From Lama guanicoe (lineage: Eukaryota): a stretch of 64,000 nt of DNA. The first letter of the stretch is position 1. Each line of letters begins with the position of its first letter. Positions 50,201-63,133 of the stretch are shown here, one piece after another. Position numbers and translations under genes: made by a program. The stretch lies in the NCBI GenBank assembly GCA_013239625.1, contig MU053379.1, positions 4,297,229 to 4,361,228 of the forward strand. Direction: 5' to 3'. The notes under the pieces are model-generated. The model did no database searches. It had not been told where the DNA came from and saw only the letters and a program-made list of their open reading frames with translations.

Positions 50201-52639
50201 GCGGCGGCCCAGGCTGAACAGCACCTTTTATATCCGTTCCCTTTTTGCTGCTTCTTAGCACCTGGCTGGTCTCCCTAAACAACCCAGGGACTCTTGGCAA
50301 CGGGAGAGCCGATGCTTGGAAGGCAAAAGCACGCCAGCCGGGCAGTGACGCCGGGTCACTGTGTTCAGACCTCTTGCTTTACAGGTGGGGACGCTCAGGC
50401 AGACATGAGGCGACAGTCCGCAGCTGGCCCCAGCCGCTGGCGTCCCCTCCTGGGCCAGCAGGCTCACCACCCTGTCTCCCGGCGCTCCTCCAGGCCCTGA
50501 GCACCCATCTGTGGCGTGGCTTCCTCCCTGCGGCCCCAGGGCTACACTCCCGAGCTGAGTGCGGAGTGGGGGCCAGAGGGGTTCTCCAGGCTCTGGAGAA
50601 ACCAGGGGCGTGCTCCGGGCAACAGGGCTGGGAGAGGGAGCCGAAGAGCAAAGAGATGGGACACATTCTGGTTGCTTTTTCTTACAGTTACTTGTAAGAG
50701 GAGTCCGTGCTATGAGAGGCCCAGGGAGAGTGGTTCCTGGAACGGGTGGCTTTGTGGTTAAGTCTGAACTGTGGATTTCGGTTTCAACATAAATCCGGGT
50801 CTGGTGAATAAGGAGCACTCTGCGTCCAGCGGGTGGAGCCCCCAGTGCTCGGGGCAGACTTCGTCCCGCCCTGGAGATCAGCCAAGGATGCTGCCAAGGC
50901 GGGCGGAGGGGGCAGGCCGACCCAGGTGTACCTGCCAACGGCCGGGGCTGCAGCAGCATAAGCTCCCCGGAACGTGATGGAACGAGGGACTGGAGACACG
51001 GGGCAAACACACATCGGCTCTGCAGTAACAGGCAGCACCTCCTCAGATGACTGCGCTTATGAACACAGGGCAGACCAAGTGCCTCCTGGGAGACGATCCT
51101 CCGGGAGGGGCGCGCCCTCAAGGCAAACCTCAAGGCAGCCCTTCGTGAGAAGGCAAGCTCCGGGCTGTCCGCGTCTGGCTGCAGAACATTCTGGGAATCG
51201 CACTGGTCGCCACAGGGAGGCAGGTGGTGGGGCCCAGGGAGGGGACTTGAGGTTGCCCATCTTTGCTGGGGCCAGGGTGGGAAAGGACCCCTCCCAGTGC
51301 TGCTGGCCCTGGTCAGCTGAAAAGGAGGAGAACCCGCCCTGCCCCGGCTGTCACGACCCCGGGGCTTCGGACTGAGCCCGGCATCCTCGGCCTGCGCAGC
51401 ACAGCCGGGACGGAGCAGTGTGCTCACCGCAGACACTGACGTCGGCCTCCTTCCCCCGCGCAGGTGGCTGGGGGCAGGCGGGCGGCAGCCCGGCCAGGGG
51501 GTGCGCGAGCTCTCAGTCCTGGAGGAGGCCCGGGAGGCACAGCCCCTCCCGCCACGCTGGACAATGTGGCGGCAGCAAGCGCACCTGAGAAAACGGAACA
51601 GAGGCTGGTTCTCTTGTACGTGGAGGAAATGCTGACAGATTTGCCTGGAGGGGGACTCGGACGCTCCAGAGGATGCATCCTGCCCACAAAGCCACCAGCC
51701 AGCCGATGGGCCGAGCCAAGCACGGGGCGCAGCTCAGGTCCTCGTGGAGCCGCCGACGGGGCGCGAGGAGCAGGCATCCCACGCGGCGGTCCCCGACCGC
51801 GTCGCTGAGGAGGAGGAGGAGGGACGGGACAGCCTCTGGCTGGAGTTAGGCTTCCTGGCTCCCCGCTGGTGCACCAGGGCTGCCCTGGGCTGGGACCGCG
51901 CCGTCGCCGCTGGACGCCACCCGGCCCTGCTGAGAACTGCGGAAACGCGGACCTGGCCCCAAGTGCTCCATCTATATTGTACTTTGCCATGTGGACTCTT
52001 GAAAGCAGGGGGCTAGAAATGCCTCTAATTTGAGAGACACAAAAGCAAAGGGAGCAATTAGGGTGAAACCGGCCCCGGGTAAGTTTCGTGCCCGGAGGAG
52101 GGACGGAAGAGGAGGCCAGGCAGCCTGCGGGCCGCCGGCGGAGGCGGCCTCCCACGAGCCAGGAGAGGGACCCGGGGAACGCGAACCGGTCACTAGAGGA
52201 AAGCGCTGCCTCGGCTGCCGTTGGCCAGGGTGAAGGGCTGGCCGGGAAGCAGAGGGCGGGGCCTCCGCAAGGACCCGCGTGAGCGCTTGGCCCAAGTCTG
52301 CGGCTTGGAAGGCTCTTTTGAGACCTAGAGGGAAAGATGCAGAAAACAAACAGGAAGCGGAAATGCAGGATCCACTGGAGGCCACCCTCATGGAGACGGC
52401 TTACGGGGATCGAAGCCCACACTTCGCACAGAGGAGGCCTGGGCAGGGGCTTAAAAATGCGTTTGATACAAGCTTGGAGCTCAAGTGCAGAGAGACAGCA
52501 CTGCCGCCAAGATTTCAGGGGCGACGGGGGGGTTTCCACAAGGCTTCAAGGAAGCGCAGAAACAGCCACCAGCCAGACTCAAAGGACACAAGGAGGACAG
52601 CCTAAAAGTGATCCCGAATGTGTGAAGCGTGAGGGACAG

Positions 52640-53390
52640 TGTGTTAGTCAAGATACAGGTCTGGTTGCTTTGAAAGAGAGCCAATGAGAGCAGCTTAGCT
52701 AAGACAGATTCTGATTCTCTTTCACCCGTCAGTCATCGTTGGGGGCAGCCCGGTGGAGCAGGGTGACGTCGGCCCCCGAATGGCTCAGGACCCAGACAGC
52801 GTGCAGCCTGTCTGGAGACGCCCCCGCCTCCCATCTCCGACTTCCAGGCCGGGAAGGGAAAGGAGAGGTGAGAGGTGCGGCTCCCTAGTGCACACACCAC
52901 CGAAGCTGCCCTCACTGCTGCTGCCCGCAGCCCACCGGCCACAGCTCAGTCACGTGGCCTCCTGCGGCACCAGCATCCAGGAGGGGCGGGCTTGAGCTGA
53001 GAAAGCATGTGCTAGGACCAGGACGGAGATGTAAATGGAGAAAGACAACAAGCCGTCTGGGCACCCAGTCTCCTCCCGACATCTTGCTCTCTGAGCCGCG
53101 AGGTGGCGCCTCCATGGCCTACAAGAGCTGCGCAGCACCGCCTGCCTCATCTTTGTCCCAGCCGGTGGGGTAGGGAGGAGCATGCTTGGGGCCAGCAGCT
53201 TCCTCTGAAGGATGCAACGTGGACGCTGCACGTGTTATTCCTGGTCGATTCTGTCTGCCAGGACATAGCCTCGTGGCCACATCTGGAGGCACGAGAGTCT
53301 GGGGAGTGTCTGGGGTGCAGGGACCCTGGGCACACTGGGGATGCCAGGAGGGAGGAGAGAATGAATAGCGGGTGGTGAGTTGCGTCTCAA
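52640..53390 (-). mobile_element. MLT1-like MaLR LTR fragments
   Basis: tgtgttagtcaagata..gctcaggaccca; gccaggacatagcctcgtggccacatct..gagtctggggagtgt. Confidence 0.55.
53095..53110 (+). promoter_or_regulatory. CTCF core motif
   Basis: GCCGCGAGGTGGCGCC closely fits the CTCF core. Confidence 0.45.
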
Positions 53391-54064
53391 ATCCAAGGGG
53401 CTTCAAGTGTGACGGCTGAGAGCATGTTCAGTCTCCTCAAGACCCGAGCAAGTTACTCCCAGATCCTCGCAGACTAGTGGTCTTTGTTCATCGAGTGATG
53501 AACATTGCGCCTGGCGTTCCAAGTTGGGATAGGGAAGCTTAGCTGTGAAAGGGCACTGCAGCCCCGGGACGGCTCCCCAGACTGCAGCTCACGAACGTCC
53601 CGTGAGATGATTTTGGAAAACAGGTGTACAAGTTCCCCGCCCCCAGCCCCGTCTCATGGGGTGTGCTGTCACTGGTCCCCCAGGTCCTGTGGGAGAGGAG
53701 TTACCCCCTTTCCAACGCCCCTGACCCCTAGCCCCTCCTCACCATGACCTTTCACCCTTCCGTGCAGCCGCACTTCATGGGACACACTTTGAGAGGCACC
53801 TGCCAGCATGGTAGAAATGAGCAAAAAGAAGAAAGAAGCAATACGGTTGAAAAACAAAATAAAGCAAGCCATAGACACGGTGCCCACACCACGTCCTGTT
53901 CTGAGGGACAGGAGGGGCTGTCTCTCTGGGGGACTGAGCACACCCCGGGACTCCCGGGATGAGAGAGGATTTGGCCGGATTACGTCTAACAGAGGGATTC
54001 CAGACCACATCTCCTCTGCTCTCATCACCGGGTACAGAGGCGACCGAAGGCTCACGCTTTCCGT

Positions 54065-54180
54065 GAAGTTGGTGTCTTGAAAGCAAGGACTACGTCTGTC
54101 CTCCGTGCCAACCCCGCATCTTCCCACCGTCCTGACGGACGTGCTGTGAGTGAGCGAGTGAGTGAGCGGGTGAATGGAGA
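54065..54180 (+). mobile_element. L2 3' tail
   Basis: cttgaaagcaaggactacgtctg...gtgagtgagcgagtgagtga. Confidence 0.6.
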
Positions 54181-55302
54181 GGATTCCGAGAGCAGACCCA
54201 GCCCTGGCAGGGACGTGGCGTAGGACTGCCCCCTGCGGGGACACTGCTGAGATCAGAAATGCCCACTGCTGTGGTCACTTAGCCAGAGGGCGGCAGGAAA
54301 GGGCGGGACCCCCACTCTCCCAGTGCCCCGCTTTCGCTCCACACGCAGCATAGCCGTGGAGTCTGGGGGCTTCTTCGACAGGAAGGGGTAAACGTTCATC
54401 TTGAAACAGTGCAAAAGCCAAACCTTTTCTCCATTGCTGTTTGGGGCTGAATTCACCTCCGATGAGAAAGCCACAAATTGTCACTGGAAAATGCTCATTA
54501 GAATGTGACGGGGAAAGCAAGATTGGAGTCTGGGGGTTGGGACGGGGTGCAGACCATTTCAAGCATTTGTGCAGATAGGGACATGAGAAGTCTGGAGGGA
54601 GATACGCCCGCGGCCAACAGTTTTTAGCACCGGGAGCAGGGCTGCAAGAGGCTCCTTATCCTCACTGCCCCGCCCTCAGTGAGCAGCCCGGCCCAGGGCC
54701 CCGGGGACACCTTCGTCCCTGCCTGGCTGTCACCCTCCGCGGGCTGCTGCGGGCGGGTGGCTCTCTGCTGCTGCCCAGGGGGCCCTGCTGGCCCCGCTCC
54801 TGGATGGCGGTCCCCGAGTCAGTCCCAGCGTCTGAGCTGAGACCTGCAGTCCCCCATCGCCAGCCCCTTAACGCCATGGAGGGCTCCCAGCCGTCTCCTG
54901 CCCTCCCACCCGGAGCGACAGACAGGACACGATTCCAGAAAGCGCCACGCAGGCCTGGTCTTGTGAGTCTGTCCCTCGCCCGAGAGCTTAGCTTGACCAC
55001 AGAGAAACCGCTCCCTGGGGGACGGCAGGCACGTGTCTGCCGCACGTGGGCTCCAGGGGTGTCCCCTGTGGCGCGGAGACGAGAGGTCGCCCGAGGCTGC
55101 TGCAACATTCCCGCTCTTAGAAAGGGCCTTGGCCTTTGGCTGTGCGTCCGGCAGGGAGTTCTAGCAGGAACGTTCCTCCCAGGAGTGTGTTAACTAAACA
55201 AACGAGGCCGTAGTGGGACGGTTGCCATCGCTTTACGTTTCAGTGTAGAGGAAGGAGGGCCTGCCAAGAACCAAGGGGGCCCGTGTGTGTGGTGCCTGTG
55301 TT

Positions 55303-55389
55303 CACACCCTCACGCGCTCACAGACACACACTCACAGACACACTCTCATGCACTCACACGCAGTCACACAGATACTCACACACTCACAT
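55303..55389. repeat. Degenerate (CA)n microsatellite
   Basis: cacaccctcacgcgctcacagacacacactcaca... Confidence 0.8.
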
Positions 55390-56829
55390 GACAAAGAATG
55401 CTCAGGGTTTGGGTATTTCCCTCCTATGAGGCTCCAAGTGCATTTAAAAGTGAACGAAAGCCAGAGCAAGGCCGTAAAAGCTGTGCCGTATTTTGAATGT
55501 TTACTTTGAACAACACTCTAAACGCACATGAGTTTTTTGTGGTGACTCTGAGTAGCTTAACGGGGAGATCACGTACAACCCGCGGCCTGCATGGCCTGCA
55601 GCCCCCACACAGCCTCCCCCGGGACAACCCCCTCCCTGGGAGAGGCCCGCGTGCCCGCGTGAGTGTCCAGCCGCTGAGGCCCGCAGGCGGGAAGGGGACG
55701 GGAGAATTCGGAGACGTTCCAGGCCCGGCATGTGTGCGGGCACTTCTCCCCCCGGACTGACCCTCGTCTGTGTGGAGGAAGGAGCAGAGGAGACGGGTGA
55801 TACAGACGATGCGGGCTTGACCCTACTGACCGCTCGAGGCTGGAATCGCCCCTCGGCCTGGGCGCAGCCATCTGCTCACCCTCCTACTATCCCGAGCCAG
55901 CAGCCTGCTGGGTACAGATGCCCTGGACCCTGTGCACGGAGATGCTGCCCGAATCCCTGGGCCTGAGGTTCCACTAGGCTGTCAGAGTCACAGGCCACCA
56001 CGGCAGCTCAGTGCTCCTGGCCCAGCCTGGCCAGGTCACCTGGTGGCCACCCACCCACGTCCTGTTCATGCAGCTGCTCCGAAGGCTGCCTGTGGGACAC
56101 CCCAACTGGGGGGCGGGCATCCCGGTGCACGCGGGCAGAGAGGAGGGACACTGCGTGCGGCAGGGGTTTTCTGACACCAGGGCCATGTGTTCTGAGAGGA
56201 CGGGCCTGCAAGTCTGGGGCCAGGAGGACTGCCGGGTGGTCTGGGGGCGGCAGACTGACCACAGGCCCAGCCGCTCACTGCAGAGGAAGGGCAGTGACGG
56301 GGTAGGAGGGATGGTGGCGATGCACGTGAGAAAACGAAATCCACAGGGACCAACGAGTGTGTCCCCAAAGCCGTACCGAGGCAGGGCCACCAGACGCCCT
56401 ACAGAGACTTTCTTTCCCCTCCTGCTGGTGGCCACCTGCCAGCTACGGCCCCGCAGGCTCTTCCTTCCATTGATCAGCTGGAAGGCTGCCCGATCGCATC
56501 CTCACCTCCCGCGCCCTCCCGTGGACCGCGTACCACGTTGCTGGGGGAGGCTCTCAGGAGGAACAGGCCCCCGGCCCAGCAGGCCCCCCAGGACCAGGGG
56601 CCCCTGTGGTGGTGGCGAGATGCCAGTGGGAGAGCGAGGATGAGGAGACCAGCGCGGAGGTGGCAGGAAGGATGCAGGACGTGGAGACCAGCCCTGACGG
56701 TGAGACAGGAGGCGCCGCCATGTAAACTGCTCTATCGGTGATGCGAGCGTTCGGGTCCTTCCAGAAAGACATGAAGATGGAACTAAAAGTGGGAGTCGGG
56801 TAAAAAGTGACGGTCTAGACACTGGAGCA

Positions 56830-57990
56830 TTTTTTTAAAATGTTGACATTGTTTCAGACCTGCAGAGAAGTTACGGCAAGAACACAGAATTGCCGACATC
56901 TTTCACCCAGAGACCCAGGTGGGAACTCCGCGTCTCTCTCTCCTTCACTCCCTTTACCCCTAAATACTTCCATGCGTCCCCTAAAAGCAAGAACATCCTC
57001 TCACAAAACTTCAAAAATGATCAAAATCAGTAAATTAAGACCTAAGCAGTTGTGCCCCTTTATCCATGGTTTCGCTTACCCGAGGTCAACCGCAGTCTGA
57101 AAACATTAAATAGAAAATTCCAGAAGTGAACAACTGGAAGCTGTAAATTGCACACGGCTGTGAGCGGCGCGATGAACTCTCGAGCCGCCCCGCCCGGGGT
57201 GTGAACCACCCTTTGTCCAGCGCGTCCTCGCTGTTGGTCCCTTAGTCGCCGCTCAGTGACCGGATAGACGCGCCTCCACGCTTGTGTCCGAGGGACCCTT
57301 GGTTTTCTTAGTTCTGGTCCCGAAGCGCAGGAGCGGGGATGCGGGCGACTCGGATACGCCGCAGAGAAGCCACGAAGTGCTTCCTCTAAGTGAAGAGGCG
57401 AAAGTTCTCAACTTAACAAGGAAAGAGAAAAAAGTCACGTGCCGCAGTGGCTGAGCTCTGCGGTGAGAGCAAAGCTCTCTGTGAAAACGTGGAGGAGGGA
57501 AAGGAAACCCGCGCTCGCTTTGCTGGCACACCTCAAACTAAGTTTTGGGTTCACACAGACAAGGCATTAGATTTGTACAAGGAGATACTGTGAGAGAGAG
57601 GGGGGTGGCCCTCAGTAACTTCCATCACAATACATGGCTGTGGCCGTCTTACTTACTGTTAGTCACTGTTCATCTCTTACTGTGCTTAATTTATAAACTA
57701 AACTTTCTCGTCGGCGTGTGTGTTTAGGGAAGACAGCGTACACATAGCGTTCGGAGCTAGCTGCGGATTCAGGCATCCACGCGGGGTCCTGGCGCGTCCC
57801 CCTCCGACAGAAGGGCCGACGACACAAACCTATTATCTGATATGCTGTCCTTTTTCAGATTTCACCAATCGTCCCAACAGTGTCCCAGGGCAGCTGGAGC
57901 TCGCCTTGGCCCCGGTGGCCCCAGAAACCTCTCCACCTTCGTCTACACCCCACGGCCTGGACATTCCACACGACTGACATCCGTTTCACA
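56830..57990 (-). mobile_element. L1MC4-like antisense 3' end, split by the MER44-like element
   Basis: ctttacccctaaatacttc..aagaacatcctctcaca..tcaaaatcagtaaatt; resumes at about 57826 with ttcagatttcaccaatcgtcccaacagtgtcc. Confidence 0.7.
57047..57825 (+). mobile_element. MER44/Tigger7-like DNA transposon
   Basis: ccccttt atccatggtttcgcttacccgaggtcaaccgcagtctgaaaa..ctcttactgtgcttaatttataaactaaacttt..ttcaggcatccac. Confidence 0.85.
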
Positions 57991-59556
57991 GCACGGCCCT
58001 CGGTCAGGGCAGGCTGTTTTTAAACTTGCGTCATAGGCAAATCCTGGCTCCGTCGGCCTGAAGAAGCTGTCCTGCTTGGCCTGCGTCTTATCTGAATCTC
58101 AAGACGCTAGTTCTGTTTTGACAGAGGCACAGGAACAGTCCCCTTGGCAGCCCCTCGGTCCTGCTAGTTCAACCTCCTTGAAGCGGAGCGGCCTCCCCAC
58201 CCCCGCCCTTCTCAGCAAACTGCTTTCTTTTTCTCTCCTCTGCCCCTTGGTAAGGCTGATTCAGTCGCCATCAAGAGCAATCCCAGAGCCCAGCGTCGGC
58301 CCCGCAACAGGGACCATTCCGAACGATTATTAAGGGTGGATTTCTCCACGTGGGAAAAATCAGGCCTCCAGCACCACAGCCTGGCAGCCCCCGGGGACCC
58401 CAGCTCTGGAAGCGGGGCTCGGGGGTGGGCAGAGCCCTCGGAGCCAGCCACTGAAACAGCAGGGCTTCGCAGCAGCCCAGGGACTCCGCGCAGATCTGGT
58501 CTGCACTGCCTCCCAAGGGCTGGGGAGGAGGGAAGTGGGAAAAATATGAGCGTGAGTCACAGCCATTCTTGCACAAGCCTCGGCTCTGGGGTCAGCCGGA
58601 CCCCGAGTGCGAGCCCACCAGCTCTGGGGCCCCTGTGACCTCTGCCCGTCGCCTCTCACCTCAAATCCACACGGCACAACTCAAGTCCACGGTGTGTCGG
58701 ACACACCCCCGCTTCCCCATCCTTGATGCCAGGCTGGGCGGCCTGTAGAGCCGTGAGGCAAAGCGAGAAAAACAGAAAACTCAGGGTGACCGCTACAGTC
58801 AGCAGACGCAGAGGCCCATCAGGACGTAGGGCACAGAGCACCCTGGTGCCGGCCAGCTGACCAAGGGCGGCCCCTTCTGGGAAACAGCTCCCTTCAAGGA
58901 GCTGATAGAGACCACTCTCCCTCCACGTTTGCTCCAGCGTTCACTCCCCGGGGGTCTGTCATTCTCGGCACGCGCCTTGACAATAGCGCATCCCCACACC
59001 ATCATATTTGCGCTAACTTTGGCTCCTGGGCTGAGAGCCTTTCTTCCCCTGGACCTGCTCTGGGACCCAGCACAAGGCCAGCAAATTAGTCCTCAGCACA
59101 GTACGGTCCAGAGAGGCTCCCGGAGGGGCGGGGCCCACCAGCGCGGCCGGAGTTCAATGTGCTAGCAGGTGTGAGTTCTGAGGAAGCGCAGGGGGGTGTG
59201 AAGGTGTTTGGGTGGGAGTCTGCCCCGGGGGTAGCCGGTTTCTGCCCATGGCCATCGTGTTTGCACGCACGTGGACGGCTTCCTACTGCAGGACCTCCTA
59301 CCTGCCGGCTTCCTCTGGCGGCAGGTGGGCTGAGCCCCCGTGAGAGGGGCAGGCCGGAGGGCCCCGGGACAGTCGTCAATTCATTCTGGGTGGGAATCAT
59401 GGTTAAACACCCAGGTTCCCTGCCCCCTGAGTGGGACAACTCCGGCTCGTTTTGAACCCTTCCCCACTCAGGCCCCCAGCGGGATTAAGGTCAGATCGCC
59501 CAGAACGGAAACTCGCTGGCCCCCCACCCTCTACTGCCTTCCCTGCCTCATGTCCC

Positions 59557-59933
59557 TGTGAAGGAAAAGCCCAGCTGGGCTAACGAGCTAAGTCACAAAT
59601 CTAAATTAATAAGTGTCGGTTTGCTGATTCCCTGTTCGTGCTTTGCTAGCCAGCTGGATTTTCAAAGACACATATCTGGCCTTGAAATGTTGGTTTGCTG
59701 CCTCACTGCCTCTACTTTTGTGATAATGATGTTGCTAAAGCTATTGTGTGCCTATTGGCCGAATACCCCAAGCTTGTACTTAACCTTATAGGGTTAAAAC
59801 CTCACGTGCACGTCTTGGAGGTGCTCAGGGCTTAGGAGCAGAAGCCCCTCTGAGCCCGCCGGCGTAATACATCTGAGCGCTCCAGCCCTCCGAGTGGTGC
59901 TTGTTTCTTGGCTGGCCTGTCATTTCCGTAACA
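59557..59933 (+). mobile_element. ERV1-type solo LTR, 377 bp
   Basis: tgtga..taaca ends, TCCC TSD (59553-56, 59934-37), ctattggc CCAAT box, decayed poly(A) signal AATACA at 59866. Confidence 0.85.
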
Positions 59934-61751
59934 TCCCCACCCCCGTCTCCTGCTTTCTGACTGACTCCCAAATAAATGGGATTTTTGTTTTCACAAGAAC
60001 ACCTGTGTAAGCTGCTCACACTTGGGGGCTTCACAGGGGAAAGTGTTCAGAACGAACCGATGTGGAATCCAGAGCTTCGTCCCAGGGCCTGCCCCCCAGA
60101 GCACCCCGTAAATACCGGGGGCTGTCTGAATGGTGGCTCTGCTTGGGGTGGACAGGAGGGACCAGGGTCTCACTGTCCCCATTTTTGTGGGTCACACTGC
60201 CGGCCCTGTCCACGCAGGCAGAACCAGGGTTGAGGGTCCGCTCCTGGCTCCCATCTGCTGTGGCATCAGGACTTCCCTGCTCTGCGAGTTGAATGTAGGT
60301 CCTTAGACAGTGGGCAATGGCGCCGGGGTGATCTAGCCTTGAGAAAGGAACAGCGTCTTCCAGCAGGAAGGTCTTACTGGACAGATGGTGGCCAGCTGTT
60401 CCTATCTCGGAGGCGGGGTGGACACGGGGACTAGGTTCACACAGAGACTGTTGAGGTGGGGAGCTGTGCCGGAGGGGGGCCCCAGGGGCCTGCGGTGGCT
60501 CCCCCGAGAGATGTGAGCTGAGTAACACGGCCCTTACTGTCTGGTTTTAGCCTTTGTTAATAGGCTCTTCCCCAAAGTAGACCTTGGAATTTTATGGACG
60601 CTGGGTGCTGTGTGTTGAGAAATACTTATTAAACAGAGGATTTTAGGGTGTATACGTGTGTGTTCAATTAGAAACTTACAAGGTTGTGAACGTGCGTGAT
60701 GCGCTAAGTGAAGAATCCAGGGCTTCCTCCTCTTCTCTCTCTGAATCGCACCTCATATCCAGGCCCAGGGACCCCCTTCACACTCACGACCTCTGTGATG
60801 AGTCCCTCTTTCCTCCTTAAGACTTGTAAAGACAGCCAGAGTCCGCCCCGCCTGTGCGGACGCCGGGCTCCCACGCAGGGGGATAAATGCTCACAGCTGC
60901 TAGTGCTTATTAACAACTTCCGCTTCACAACAGCCTCTGGGAGACAGCGGGCCACAGCTGTAACCAAAGCACCCTGGCAACGTGCGAATCGCATCTGCTT
61001 TCAAGCTTAACGCTGCGCACCACAAGCAAGTGCCACTTCGGGTTGGACGTTAGACACACTGATCTCTGAGCTGTCACTAAACGCCTGACCCGGGGGAGTA
61101 ATGCCTGTCCTGTCACATTATGAGAAACAAATGAGATCACGAACTTTAAACCCTCTGTCTGGTAAGCAGGAGGGGCGTTCTTAATTTTACCCTAATGGAC
61201 GATGTTAAAATGAGATGCCTTTTATAAAATCAAGTTGATCCCAGAGAACACGCAGGACTACAGGGACTGGCACGTTTGGACATGATGTCTGGCCAGCTCT
61301 CCCTGCTCTGTCTGCTGCAGTCACAGCTGCGCTTGACTGCGAGCAGACCGGTGCTGTCTGTTTCATTTTTTCATTACAGTTTATCAACAGTTTTTCTCCA
61401 CTGGAGACATGGAGCCACTGTCATGTTAATTTTCAACAAAATAAAAAGAAAATAAAGAAAAGCTAAAGAATAGGATTTTTTTTAACCAAAAAACCACAAA
61501 AGTATAAACTGGTGTTAAAAGGAAAGAGTGAGAAAACAAAAGGGATGTTTGAGTGAAGTTTCAGTGAGTGCTGGGAAGACTTTAAAGTGAGCAAGTGACA
61601 AGGCGGGAGGCGGAGCCAGCGGGGGCAGGGAAGGGGCGTCGGGTTTGCTGGGAAAACGAGAAGTCCGCAATTTTAAAGGATCGAAATATAATTTTTTTTT
61701 AATTTTTAAAAATTTTTAAAAAGTTTTGTTTTGGCAGATTTTCTGTAATTC

Positions 61752-61853
61752 TTTTTTTTAAACTTTTTTTTGATTGAAGTATAGTCAGTTACAATGTGTC
61801 AGTTTCTGGGGCACAGCACCATGTCCCGGCCATGCACGTATATACACATGTTC
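61752..61853 (-). mobile_element. Short lineage-specific (camelid-type) L1 3' end
   Basis: T-tract then attgaagtatagtcagttacaatgtgtcagtttctggggcacagcac; same family as 11197-11291. Confidence 0.85.
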
Positions 61854-62637
61854 CCAAAACGTCACTTTACAGTTTACATCTTAAAACCACTTGCTCCATT
61901 CGATCACACGAATTCTCCCTTGTTGAACTTAGTGCTATTTTTCCCTCTAATGAGGACATTTTTCTTTATTCTCTCTCTCTTTTTTTTTTAACAGTATCCA
62001 AGAATTCAAAGAAAACCTATGGTTTAAACTTTAAAAAGTCTCTCCTCAAACCTGCGACAAAGGAAACTGACAAGGAAATTTCCCACAACCCTACGACTGC
62101 GCGTGTGTATCTTAGAAAGGCTCCCTGTGCCGTGTCTCGTCCCAGCAATGGGGATTTGGAAGCAACCTGCAGCAGGAGGAGAACTGAGACAAACCTGCCG
62201 AGCCACCATGTGTCTTTTCCAAGCCTCACATTTTGCAAGCATGTATCCCACAGAATCGCCACAAGCAGGCGACCCAATCTCCTTGAAAACAAAACTAGCA
62301 CAAGTGCCAACAAATACTTCGCAAACTGCGTTCACATACGACTCGCCTCGGGCTCCTTGTTTGCCGGCGTCTGTTAGCACAGGGAAGCCAGCGCCAGTCT
62401 CATCCTGCAGGCAGCCTGGAGCCGGGCGTCGTGGTGAGAGCGCCCCCCCGAGTCCGGCCATCCCGGGCAGCTTCAGAGAAGAGACGGCCGTCTTCCCCCG
62501 TGTGCCGAGCCCTCCCCGCGTCATCGGCCCACCGTCTCCGGCTTTAGCGCGCATAAGCCTGAGGCTGTTCTCCAGCACCCAGTGCCAAAGAGCTATCATC
62601 AGTTTGGAAAGAAAGAACGCACGTGGACCTGCAACTT

Positions 62638-63133
62638 TGTTACCGAGTCCAAACTCTCCTCGCGGCACGACAGGCCAATAAATCGGGAGACGAGGCGTTG
62701 GGACAAGGAATGACGATTTTATTTGGAAAGCCGGCAGACAGGGAAGATGAGGGGCTAATGTCCTGGAGAACCGTCTTCCCCAAGTCAGAATTCAGGCTCC
62801 TTTTCTACTAAAAGGTGTAACTGGTTGTTCCAAACTTCTTGATGTCGGAATCCATTGTTCTTGCAGCCGTCCACGTGGGTCAGGCCACGTGGGTGTCCCC
62901 GTCAACCTCCAACAAGACAAACGTCGTTTCTACTCTGCAACTCGTCTTTGTATGAGTGGAAATGTGTTCATATCCTGAAAGGTGGGAGCCCCGGGACAGG
63001 CTCTCCTGTGAACCTCAGGCTCCTGGCAACACTGTTTTACCAAAGGTGCAGCGACTGAGCCCAGGAAACAGCACACAGGGTTAGAGCCAAAGACCAGATC
63101 TGCAGTGCAGTCAGATTTGTTCTCCTCTATCCA
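62638..63133 (-). mobile_element. MER41-like cetartiodactyl ERV1 solo LTR, 496 bp
   Basis: tgttaccgagtccaa..cacgacaggccaataaatcgggagacgag..tcagatttgttctcctctatcca, with an ACTT TSD (62634-37, 63134-37). Confidence 0.85.

Noticed and set aside
50255-52539. 393-aa and 371-aa minus-strand ORFs
   Set aside because: No recognisable homology, and similarly long ORFs overlap in other frames; GC-driven stop-codon depletion explains them.
31360-59933. Both LTRs as the ends of one provirus
   Set aside because: They are 28 kb apart with different TSDs (GGGG vs TCCC) and different U3, and there is no gag/pol/env between them.
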